This document shows positions 36,125 through 46,018 of a stretch of 64,000 bases of DNA, piece by piece. The notes below the pieces were generated by a model. That model searched no databases. It worked only from the letters and a program-made list of their open reading frames with translations, and was not told the DNA's origin. Location of the stretch: positions 6,802,761-6,866,760 of the forward strand of contig SMSO01000031.1 of NCBI GenBank assembly GCA_004764695.1, given 5' to 3'. This DNA is from Schizochytrium sp. TIO01 (taxonomy: Eukaryota; Protista; Bigyra: Labyrinthulomycetes). The translations under genes were made by a program, and so were the position numbers. Within the stretch, counting starts at the first letter, position 1. Every line of letters begins with the position of its first letter.

Positions 36125-39100
36125 ATGGCACCACAACACTCGGATGAGCAAGGTGCTAGCACTGAGTCTTCGACGGTGGCCCCAGCCACCACCTCCGTGG
36201 CGTCACTAGACCCTTCCAGACAGCCGCTCCCGGAACAGGTGGAGACGGGTACTGGCACAGGCAAAACTCCTAGCCTCCCAGCAGCCACAACAAGCGTTGC
36301 AGCATTGAACATAGAGATCAACAAGGAGAATGCTTACGAGGAGAATAACAAGAAAGATGAGGAATTGGTGCAGTTTAGGTCCCTGGATTCCATCGGATGG
36401 CTGTCGAATTTGACATTCTCGTGGTTCTGGCAGGTCTTGCGAGATGGACATCGCCATCAGATTCAACATTCGCAGCTCTCAAAATTGAGAGACCGAGACG
36501 ACCCAGCCCTCCTCTATGACCGCTTCATTGGATTTTGGGAGGCTGAAAAGAAACGTGCGCAGGCTCGCCTTGAGAAGAAGAACGCCAAACTCCTTGCCGC
36601 CAACAAACCACCCCATAAGCTCTCCGACGAAGTCAATATGCTCTACGTGATGATTCAAACCGTAGGATGGGGTAACCTCGTGGTTGCATTTACAGTCTCA
36701 ATTTTCCAAAATATCTTCAACGTTGTTACGCCCTTCATGAGCAAGTGGCTCATTGAAAGTCTATCGGAAACATCTGATGTCACTGGGAAACAACAGGCAG
36801 GCTATGCCGTGGGCCTCATCGTCTTGCCCCTGGCTGCATCGCTCTGCCAGGCACAAGCTAACTACATTTCTAAAAGAGGCTCCCAACATCTCTTTGCCGT
36901 GTTCACACAAGCTATTTTTAACAAGTCGCTTCATTTGAGCAGTGCATCACGAAACGAATCCAGCTCTGGTCAAATTGTCAATCTCATGTCTACAGATGCA
37001 GGAACAGCTATGGAAAGAGCTATCTTGCTCATTTATCCCCTATTTCTTGCCCCCCCCATCATCGCCATTCTTCTGTACTTGCTTTACCGAGAAATTGGTA
37101 TATCTGCATATGCCGGTCTTGGAAGTCTCTTTGTTGTTCTTCCCATTAGTATTCGTGTCTTTGTTGCTCTTATGCAGGTGTACAAGAAAATCATCGTGTT
37201 CACAGACGAGCGAATCAAGCTTTGCAATGAAGCTTTTCAAGCAATTCGCATATTGAAAATGTACGCCTGGGAAAAACCATTCATGGCCAAAATTCTGGCT
37301 GTTCGCGCCAAAGAACTTGGTCACCTCATGCACCATGCCTATCTCTTTGCGATTGGAATGAATGCAGTGTTTCTTCAGTTGCCATTCTTTATTCAGTTCT
37401 TTTCATTCACTGCCTACTACCTCTTGGGGAACGAATTTTACCCGTGGTCTATTTTCACCGCCATTCAATTGCTCCAGGTCCTGCGCCAAAGCTTTACTCA
37501 GTTGCCGTCTGCAGTCACACAACTCAGCCAGACCCTAGTCGCTCAACGTCGCATCAAACATTTTCTTCTCCTCCCTGAGCTTGACCAAGGTCACGCAGTG
37601 ATTCAAGATCTGGACCTTGCACTTGGAGAGATGATTCTTGACGACGTCAGTTTTGATTGGGGTGAAGGCGTTGCACTTCTTGAAGCCAAGGGTAAAAAAG
37701 GAAAGGGCAAAGAAAAAGCAGGAAAGAAGAGTCGCCGCAGAAATAAAATTGAAGAAGACCATGACAGCCCCACGTCCGGAAATGAAACAGCCAATGAAGG
37801 CGAAAATCAACCGTCGGAACCTAAAGGCCCTGTCCTGCATAACATCACTCTTAATATTCGCGCAGGATCTCAATGTGCCATTATCAGCGCAGTAGGCGCC
37901 GGTAAAAGTTCTCTTTTAGCAGGCATGATTGGCGAGCTTGAAGTCACGTCCGGACATGTCCGCTCGAACGGAACGGTTGCATACGCCCCTCAGCAGCCCT
38001 GGATTATCAGTGCCACCATACGAGACAACATTCTTTTTGGACGAGAATTTAATGCTACCCGGTACAAACAGGTTATCAATGCGTGCTCGCTTCGTACTGA
38101 CCTCAAACTCTTTCCAGACGGAGATATGGCATACATTGGTGAGCGTGGCCTCAACTTAAGTGGTGGCCAGAAGGCCCGTATCTCCCTCGCTCGAGCAGTT
38201 TATGCTGATGCAGATATTTTGCTGCTTGACAACCCTCTGAGTGCTGTTGATAGCCACGTAGGTGCTGCCATTTTCAAGAACTGCATTAAAGGCCCTCTTC
38301 TCAAGGGCAAGACTCTTATCTGGGTCACGAATCAGCTAGACAAGATTCCTGGTGTGGATCATATTGTTATTCTTCATGGAGGTTCTATTGCTGCTCAAGG
38401 ACCTTACTTGGATATGAAGGGTGAAATTGAGAGATATATGCGTTCGAACTACACAAATGCGCCAGATGAGAGTGTCCATCCGGGCGATGCAGAGTCTAGT
38501 GAAAACTCTGAAATTCTAGAAGTGTCCTCCTCCTTTGTAAGCATTCCTGTGAAGTCTGATGCGGATCCATCATCACTTCCTGGAAATACAGTGCTAAATA
38601 ATAATGCTGCTCAAGAGCACGATGATCAGGACGAAGCAATGACAACCATGGAGGAAATCGCTGAAGTGTCTGAAAACGAGACAGTTCGTCTCGCATCTGC
38701 TATTACTTCTGGCTCCCTTGATCAGCAAATTCTTAGTGAGGGCGAAGCGCTCACGAATAACCCCCTCTATGCCAAAGAACAAGAGGCCATGGGAACATTA
38801 AAATTTTCTGTACTCGTCTGGTTCGTCAAAGCCTCAGGACAGGTTCTTTTCACTTCCTCGTATTCTTTGTACATTCTGTATCTCTTCACCCCAGTTTTTT
38901 CTCAATATGTTTTGCAGTGGTGGACCGACGAGGAGCTTACGTGCTACGTTTCTGGTCCACCTTGCCAAGGTAAGGGCGACTGGTTCTGGTATTCCATGTA
39001 CCTAATGCTCGTTGTCCTGGGCATTGGCATGGTCGTTGTTGCTGGCTTTTTTATCGCACGGGCTCGGATTAATGCCTCCAAGAATATTCATAATGATCTG

Positions 39101-40591
39101 CTCGAGGCTACTTTCTCAAGCGGAATCACAGATTTTTTTGATGTGGTGCCACTGGGGCGTATTTTAAACAGATTCTCCAAAGATATTACAACGATTGATG
39201 TCAACCTCAGTCAGATGCTGATGTTTGGCATTGCCACACTAGGATTTACTTTGGCTGCTTTTATTGGTCTCCTGCTTGGCACGAGTGGACTTTTTGCTAT
39301 TGTTATTGTGCCCATTGTGGGTGCCTATGCTCTAGTGTATCGCTACACCCGCAAGACTGCGATTCAATTGCAACGACTCGAATCTACGTCCAGATCTCCC
39401 ATTTACAGCCAGTTTAGTGAAGTACTTAATGGCTTGAAGACAGTACGTGCATTCCAGCAAGAATCTCGCTTTCGCCAACGCAATCGGACTATTTTAGATG
39501 CCAATATGCGAGCTTTTTATCTTGTTCGTGTTGTCCTGCCGAGTTGGCTCATGGTAGCAGTGAACATTTTTGGCATTTTCATTACTGGGTTTACCACCAT
39601 CTTCATTCTGACCACAGACTTTATTGCTGCTGGTCAGGCTGCCTTGGCTTTGACGTATGCCATCACGATCACTCAGACCCTCAATGCAACAACAATGGTT
39701 AACACAGAAATGGAGGTCATGATGAACTCAGTAGAGCGAATCAAGAAAACTATCAATGAAAGTATTATTGAAGACCCGCTCCTCCGAATTGAGGATGACA
39801 ATAACCAATCCGCGAACCCCATTCGAGTGCATATTGCTAATGAGGGAGCCCAACAGCAATGGCCGGGCGCAGGAAAGATCGAGATTACCGACCTTGTACT
39901 CGGCTACCGTGACGGCCCAGATGTCTTGCATGGCGTGACTATCACGATCGAACCCGGCGAGAAAATTGGTGTATGTGGTCGCACAGGTTCCGGCAAGTCA
40001 ACTCTTCTCTCTGCTCTATTGCGTATTGTTGAGCCTCGTGCTGGCAAGATCTCTATTGATGGCGTGGACATTCGCTCCATTACTCTAGAGCAACTTCGCA
40101 GCCGCCTTGCCATCATCCCTCAGGATCCCGTATGCTTTATCGGTTCTATTCGTCTAAACTTGGATCCCTTCGAGAACCATGGTGATGATGAAATTAACGA
40201 GTGTCTACGCCAAGTCCAGCTTGAGCAGTGGGTAGGCAAGTTGGACTTTCAGGTTGCGGAGGGCGGAGAAAACATCTCAGTCGGTCAGCGCCAGATGATT
40301 TGCTTTGGGCGAGCGATTCTCCGCCGTACAAAGGTTCTTCTTGTGGATGAGGCCACAGCTCATCTTGACGCCGGCACAGATGATCTAATTCAGAAGATGG
40401 TTCGGGAGGTATTTCATGATCGCACCACAATTACGATTGCGCATCGCTTACCAACCATTTTAGACTCGACACGTATTCTTGTCATGGATAACGGTTTAGT
40501 TGGCGAGTTTGACACGCCCGAAGCCCTGACCAGCGATCCCAACTCGAGGTTATCTCTCATGCTTGCTGCCGAGAAGTCCAAGAAGAACTAG
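36125..40591 (+). CDS. ABC transporter, subfamily C (MRP-like), TMD1-NBD1-TMD2-NBD2
   Basis: Lasso-like WLSNLTFSWF, IRILKMYAWE, GERGLNLSGGQKARISLARAVY, PLGRILNRFSKD, GRTGSGKS, IIPQDP, ISVGQRQ, DEATA and IAHRL. First ATG at 36125. Confidence 0.96.
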   Translation: MAPQHSDEQGASTESSTVAPATTSVASLDPSRQPLPEQVETGTGTGKTPSLPAATTSVAALNIEINKENAYEENNKKDEELVQFRSLDSIGWLSNLTFSWFWQVLRDGHRHQIQHSQLSKLRDRDDPALLYDRFIGFWEAEKKRAQARLEKKNAKLLAANKPPHKLSDEVNMLYVMIQTVGWGNLVVAFTVSIFQNIFNVVTPFMSKWLIESLSETSDVTGKQQAGYAVGLIVLPLAASLCQAQANYISKRGSQHLFAVFTQAIFNKSLHLSSASRNESSSGQIVNLMSTDAGTAMERAILLIYPLFLAPPIIAILLYLLYREIGISAYAGLGSLFVVLPISIRVFVALMQVYKKIIVFTDERIKLCNEAFQAIRILKMYAWEKPFMAKILAVRAKELGHLMHHAYLFAIGMNAVFLQLPFFIQFFSFTAYYLLGNEFYPWSIFTAIQLLQVLRQSFTQLPSAVTQLSQTLVAQRRIKHFLLLPELDQGHAVIQDLDLALGEMILDDVSFDWGEGVALLEAKGKKGKGKEKAGKKSRRRNKIEEDHDSPTSGNETANEGENQPSEPKGPVLHNITLNIRAGSQCAIISAVGAGKSSLLAGMIGELEVTSGHVRSNGTVAYAPQQPWIISATIRDNILFGREFNATRYKQVINACSLRTDLKLFPDGDMAYIGERGLNLSGGQKARISLARAVYADADILLLDNPLSAVDSHVGAAIFKNCIKGPLLKGKTLIWVTNQLDKIPGVDHIVILHGGSIAAQGPYLDMKGEIERYMRSNYTNAPDESVHPGDAESSENSEILEVSSSFVSIPVKSDADPSSLPGNTVLNNNAAQEHDDQDEAMTTMEEIAEVSENETVRLASAITSGSLDQQILSEGEALTNNPLYAKEQEAMGTLKFSVLVWFVKASGQVLFTSSYSLYILYLFTPVFSQYVLQWWTDEELTCYVSGPPCQGKGDWFWYSMYLMLVVLGIGMVVVAGFFIARARINASKNIHNDLLEATFSSGITDFFDVVPLGRILNRFSKDITTIDVNLSQMLMFGIATLGFTLAAFIGLLLGTSGLFAIVIVPIVGAYALVYRYTRKTAIQLQRLESTSRSPIYSQFSEVLNGLKTVRAFQQESRFRQRNRTILDANMRAFYLVRVVLPSWLMVAVNIFGIFITGFTTIFILTTDFIAAGQAALALTYAITITQTLNATTMVNTEMEVMMNSVERIKKTINESIIEDPLLRIEDDNNQSANPIRVHIANEGAQQQWPGAGKIEITDLVLGYRDGPDVLHGVTITIEPGEKIGVCGRTGSGKSTLLSALLRIVEPRAGKISIDGVDIRSITLEQLRSRLAIIPQDPVCFIGSIRLNLDPFENHGDDEINECLRQVQLEQWVGKLDFQVAEGGENISVGQRQMICFGRAILRRTKVLLVDEATAHLDAGTDDLIQKMVREVFHDRTTITIAHRLPTILDSTRILVMDNGLVGEFDTPEALTSDPNSRLSLMLAAEKSKKN

Positions 40592-41760
40592 TAAATTAAT
40601 ATATTTTTCTTTTTATCAAAACTGTAACCAAGTGATGACTTCCATCTTATACCATTTGCTTCGAATTCAAGATTAAGTGCAAGTATCAGACTGGTGTTGC
40701 ATTATCGCCTTCTATGTATGTATTGATCGCAGACCATGCAAATTCACGTCAAAGAGCAAAGAGTGCAGTACAGACCGATATATTACTCTTGGTTTCTTCA
40801 ATAGAGATAAAAGATGGGATGTGTGCATAAGAACCCGCAGCTGCGGGCTTTGGAGTGATCCGACGACGATTCATGGAGAAGTTTAAAAGCGTCGAGGTAT
40901 GTCGCGAAGGAACGTGGACATCGATCGATCGAGCAGAAGCTACGTAATTTGGCTCACTCATCTCGTCTTGGTCCTTGATGCCACCTCGAATTCCCAAGGC
41001 AATCTCTTTCAGTGCGAAAGAAAGCCCAAGAAAGTTTCCTTTTTCAAAAAAGTGTGAACAAAGTTTAAAAAGAATTTCTTCAAGAGAAATTAGCTTCTAA
41101 AGTAACATAATTCTAAAATTCTCAAAACTAAAACGTTTATTTAAATTTTGAGAATTCTTACTGTATCTAGTTATTTTTAATTTAATAAATAAATAAATAT
41201 TTATATATAGTTGGTAGACCTACCTACAGAGATATTAATTACTTGGCTGTTAGTTTACTATACCTTATTTAACTGATAGGCCTATATTTTCCTATTTTAA
41301 AAAAATGTTCAGATCAGTAGGGCTATTGGGTTAATCTTTAAAAAATAAATAAAAATTACGGAAAAGCTGCCCGTACTACAGCAGCCAGTAAAGGACCGGT
41401 GTATTACAATTAGTATTCTTTTCTGTGATCATTGCTGGAAACTGTCTTTACATGGGTTTATTACTTTGGTCGTCACATGGCTTTCATCTTCTTCCTGTGT
41501 CCAGAGTTCTTTCTTTTGTTTCTTGATTTTTCCAGCCACCAAAGTGATCAGTAATTAATTTTAATTTTTTTTATTTTTACATTAAAAAGCAGAAAGAAGA
41601 GAAATAACAGTCGATTGATTTTGATCGATTGACTGATTGAATGACTTCGATCAATCAACCAGTAGAGTGAACAAACACACAATCAGACTACTGGGTCCCT
41701 TGGAGGCGCTCTCGCCTCGGCAACTGATTCTGGGAGGTCTGTGCTTGCACAGGCCACGCT

Positions 41761-44700
41761 ATGGGTCAGAACCAGAGCCCTGCAACGTCTAGACGGTCTT
41801 CACGTACAAGTCCAGCGCGGCGCAGTGCTACTCTCAAAATGAGACCGAGATCCTCAAGGTCACCAGTGCCATCCCAGCGGAGGGGACATACTTTGCTGCT
41901 CGGGGCGGAAGACGAGCAAGAGCACAATGGTGATCACGATCAAGGCCAGAAGCTACGGGAAGGGAATACCAAAGCTAGAAACAGCAGCAGCAGCAACTAC
42001 AATAATAAAAGTAACAGCAATAGCAGCAGCAGTCAAAATGACGCTGGAAGTGGCAGTCGAATTGGAAACAATCGCGTTAAAAGCAGTAGCAGTAGCAGCA
42101 GCAGCAGCAGCAATGACAACATCATCGCCATTAGCAACACAAATGATAATGAAACCGACAGAGGCGACTACAAGAAAAATCGTGCACCTAAAACGGGAAA
42201 TGTCGGTGGTGCCGATGGTGATAACGATGATGATGACGATGATGATGACGATGATGATTTTGAGAACACGAGCAGCGAGGAGGACGAGAAGACTATTCGT
42301 CAAACAAGACTAACGAGATCTGCAAGAAAGACGCGGGCATCAGCGTCTATGGGAAAATCAGCACCCACGACGCCTCTAACAAGGCGTCAGAAGCAGCAAC
42401 TACAGAAATCTGATGAAACTACCAATACAAATGTTGATAACAACGAAGAGAGCAGCGAAGATGATGACGAGGATGAGGATGAAGACGGCAGAGAAGTTAT
42501 GCATAATAGTACTCCCGGTAGAATGGGTAAACGCGCGAAAACAAGCAAACTGATTGACCCCCCAATAAGGAATGGAAGGGTATCGACAAGGTCAGTAACA
42601 AACACGCCAAACACATCGCAGACGAAGCAGATAGGAAGAACCAAGTCAACACGACAAAGCATAATTCATAACGATAAAGGGTTTAGAACTTTAATTGACG
42701 AGGATGAGAAAGATGATCAAAGAAAGGCATCCTTACGAGGTAGGAGTGGAAAGCAGCAGGCGAAAATAGTGCAGTTGAGAACCAGATCTACGTCACGAAG
42801 GGACTCTAGAAATGACATTACAGTATTAGATCCTGAGGCGTCATCCCAATATTCTTCTTCTGAATCATCCGGTGATAATGTTTCTAATAATGATGTCCAA
42901 GTGGTGAGACAGAACCGGAGACGCAGTGAACGTCGTGTCCATCGTGAAGGTAAGGAGGCTTCTGCACCATTACGCACTACCCGTAGTTCGGCTCGAAAAA
43001 TGCAAACAAGAAAGGACAAAGTTTTTAAAAGAACAAAAGTAAAATCTGCGTCGTCTGTCGCGGCCTCTCAATCACTATCTTCGTCAGCATCAGAAGAAGA
43101 AGTTGAAAATTCTACCAAGTTAACGAAGAAAAGTGTTTCTAGGAAAACCCCTATTCGCCGGACACGAGGAAACTCGAAAGTGTCTGCATCAAAGTCGTCT
43201 ACCTCCAAGCGAAAACGTCGAAGACGAGAGGTAGATATCATCAATGAAGAGTCTAATTTGCTACAGCAACGCACCAATGATAAAAGTGAGAGTAGCGGTA
43301 GCAGCAGCGATAGCGACAGCGACAACAGCAGTGGTAGTGACAGCGGTGAAGAAGGAATTTCTCAAGACCGCAAACGTGGAAAAACAAAGATTGAAGCACG
43401 GACCACCAGAGCAAGTGCGCGAAAACATGGACAACCTTTCGTAACGGAAACAGAAAGTGCTCACCTTGGGTTTCCTGTCAAGTTAGAAATAGATGCATCT
43501 ACACCTGAGAATTTTACAAATGGGACAGTGTTCTTTTATGGAGATTCGATTACGTGGGGCATGGCTCATAATTACACTGGTCGTTATATGAAAACCTGGC
43601 CACGCCTCTTATCAGAACGCCTCCAACAATACAAGTTGGATGTCGTCGAGTCTGCTTTGTGTAGCCGAACAACAGCATTTGATGACGATGGAAACGAGGA
43701 ATGGATGAATGGGGCGCGGCCTCATGATTTTAATGGTCTTGATCATTTTGTACCTGAATTTGTTAGTGCCTGCCCAAAATGGCTTGTGGTGTTGTTGGGT
43801 ACTAACGATCTTCGAACCTGCATCCGGCGTCGAGCGAAAGGCCGAACCCGACTCGATGCTCGTCATATTGCGCAAAGCTGTGCACGAATTCCAATGAAAG
43901 CTCGTGAAATACAAGAAAACAATCCTTTTTTTAGCAGAGGTCTGAAAATTATTGTCATATGTCCTCCGCGTGTAAATCTTAACGCTTTAGCACGTGAGCT
44001 TGGTTATGATGAGTCATCAGCACACATCGCTCAGGATTTTTCTAAAGCATACAAAGAGATGTGTGCAGAGCATGGGCTGCTTTATGCTGAAGCCAATATT
44101 GACATGTCACACTCGGTTGACGGTATCCATGTGACTGAAGATGCCAATGTTCTTGTTGCTGATGCGGTCTGGTCTATCTTCCGTCAGGAACTTGGACCTC
44201 CTCCTGAAGGCGTTGAAGCTGCTTTGAGTTCTGTGCCCTTAGTAACGGCACCACCAAATCCTTTGATGGAAGAAGATCTCAAAGGAAAGAAAAGACGTCG
44301 CATTTCCACAACAGGCAAGCAGAGGTCAGACGAATCAACTGAGAAGGACGATGAGGCCAAGTCTGCTCCCAGCATACGTATCAATTCTAAACAACAAAAC
44401 GGAAGAAATAATCAGAAAAACAAAAGCTCGGCTACTTCCAAAAAAGGCGCCAATATCACATTGGACTCAGAAAGTGAAAGAGATGACGGTGCATTGGATG
44501 ATGATTCTAGTAGTGCTGAGTCTGGAGAAGAGGAAGATGCAGACGAAGACCATCTTACTCTAAGTGATCTTGCAAGACTGTGGCAACGAAATTCTGATGC
44601 TAATGAGGCCAAAATAGATACTTCTTCGTCATCCAATGCTGATTCTGACGAAGAAGAAAACTCATCATCGGCATCCAAATCTAAAAAGCCCAAACGTCCT

Positions 44701-45633
44701 TTGGGTTCTAGAGAGCACCCAACTCACATGAAACGCGCACGAAAAGAATCTTCGGATCAGAACAGTGAAGACAGTGATGAGGAAAACGAGAGTGGAAGTG
44801 ACGAGGAAGTTGATATTGAAGAAGAGGAAAGTAGTGCTGATGAAAATGACGACGAAGATGGAGATGATGAAAGTGTCGAGAAGGAAGGTAAAAAATATAC
44901 TAAAAACAGAATCGAAGAAAATGATGAGGACCAAGACGAGGAAGAAGACGAAGACGAAGACGAGGAAGAAGACGAAGACGAGGAGGAAGACGAAGACGAG
45001 GACGAGGACGAGGAAGAAGACGAAGGCGAGGAAGAAGAAGAAGATGAAGTCGAGGAAGAGGACGATGAGGAAGAAGAAATTAGCATTCATGAATTACAAC
45101 GGAGGCTACACGAAGAACACGTGCAACAACAGCAGCAGTTGCAAATGCAACAAGAATTGCAAAAACGTCAGTTGCGACATCAGCAGCTACAACAAGAAGC
45201 TTATTTACGCCAGCTGCAGCATGAACAGCAACTGGCTTGCCAAGCAACTTCGTCATCATCTTCGTCTATGTTCAATTCTGCAAATCGTCCCCGGCTATCA
45301 TCTGCTAGCAGCTCATACCCAGATGATCCCAGTATGGAAGATTTGGAAACATCATTTCAAAGTAACGAATCGTTTTATATTGTTGGTGTATCAAGGCAAG
45401 ACACAGCTCGTCGGATTTCGGAAGAGGTCGCTCTGGTAGATGTTTTTTCACGAATAACTGGACAGTTATCAGCAGAAGATATGGAAGATATTATTGATTG
45501 TATCTTGGACATTCAGAATAACCCTTTCCATGAAACCAAGCCGAGGCTCAGCGACATTCTCGAAAAGGTGAGCGAGTGTGCAGGCTCTCAATTGGCATAC
45601 GAGCTTGCAGAAATCATTGGATTTTCAACATGA
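41761..45633 (+). CDS. 1290-aa low-complexity protein with a central SGNH/GDSL hydrolase (arylesterase/MsAcT-like) domain
   Basis: FYGDSITWG (block I), LCSRTT (II), LLGTND (III) and DGIH (V) at ~43528-44193. Flanked by R/S/K-rich and D/E-rich tracts, a Q-rich segment and a small C-terminal helical domain. Confidence 0.88.
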   Translation: MGQNQSPATSRRSSRTSPARRSATLKMRPRSSRSPVPSQRRGHTLLLGAEDEQEHNGDHDQGQKLREGNTKARNSSSSNYNNKSNSNSSSSQNDAGSGSRIGNNRVKSSSSSSSSSSNDNIIAISNTNDNETDRGDYKKNRAPKTGNVGGADGDNDDDDDDDDDDDFENTSSEEDEKTIRQTRLTRSARKTRASASMGKSAPTTPLTRRQKQQLQKSDETTNTNVDNNEESSEDDDEDEDEDGREVMHNSTPGRMGKRAKTSKLIDPPIRNGRVSTRSVTNTPNTSQTKQIGRTKSTRQSIIHNDKGFRTLIDEDEKDDQRKASLRGRSGKQQAKIVQLRTRSTSRRDSRNDITVLDPEASSQYSSSESSGDNVSNNDVQVVRQNRRRSERRVHREGKEASAPLRTTRSSARKMQTRKDKVFKRTKVKSASSVAASQSLSSSASEEEVENSTKLTKKSVSRKTPIRRTRGNSKVSASKSSTSKRKRRRREVDIINEESNLLQQRTNDKSESSGSSSDSDSDNSSGSDSGEEGISQDRKRGKTKIEARTTRASARKHGQPFVTETESAHLGFPVKLEIDASTPENFTNGTVFFYGDSITWGMAHNYTGRYMKTWPRLLSERLQQYKLDVVESALCSRTTAFDDDGNEEWMNGARPHDFNGLDHFVPEFVSACPKWLVVLLGTNDLRTCIRRRAKGRTRLDARHIAQSCARIPMKAREIQENNPFFSRGLKIIVICPPRVNLNALARELGYDESSAHIAQDFSKAYKEMCAEHGLLYAEANIDMSHSVDGIHVTEDANVLVADAVWSIFRQELGPPPEGVEAALSSVPLVTAPPNPLMEEDLKGKKRRRISTTGKQRSDESTEKDDEAKSAPSIRINSKQQNGRNNQKNKSSATSKKGANITLDSESERDDGALDDDSSSAESGEEEDADEDHLTLSDLARLWQRNSDANEAKIDTSSSSNADSDEEENSSSASKSKKPKRPLGSREHPTHMKRARKESSDQNSEDSDEENESGSDEEVDIEEEESSADENDDEDGDDESVEKEGKKYTKNRIEENDEDQDEEEDEDEDEEEDEDEEEDEDEDEDEEEDEGEEEEEDEVEEEDDEEEEISIHELQRRLHEEHVQQQQQLQMQQELQKRQLRHQQLQQEAYLRQLQHEQQLACQATSSSSSSMFNSANRPRLSSASSSYPDDPSMEDLETSFQSNESFYIVGVSRQDTARRISEEVALVDVFSRITGQLSAEDMEDIIDCILDIQNNPFHETKPRLSDILEKVSECAGSQLAYELAEIIGFST

Positions 45634-46018
45634 AATTATACATCTATACATATATATACAATCGATTCTAGTATCTTCAAGTTGAAACTACGCAAGTTAC
45701 AGAGCTCTACATCTGCTTTAGCCTAGCTCTTAACAACTTGGTTCATCTATACTTCTTGAAAATATCACCAGTGATACCATCCATCGTAATAATAAATTAA
45801 TAATAAACAAAATCTACCTTCTTACTAAATATCTTCGCTTTTCATTTTTTATTTGTACATTTGTAAAATATTAGTAGTAACTTCGAAATTTCATTAAGTT
45901 ATATTACAAGACATTCAAAGCTAGAAGGAAATGAGACCTCCCAAGGTACCCATTCGTTCGTAGCACCGAACCGCGCATCGACAAAAAAGAGATGAAATGT
46001 TCAAGGGCTTTTTACATT

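Noticed and set aside
44665-45439. Antisense and alternate-frame ORFs (poly-Ser, Phe/Val-rich, Lys/Thr-rich)
   Set aside because: Shadows of the GAR/GAY acidic tract of the SGNH-domain gene.
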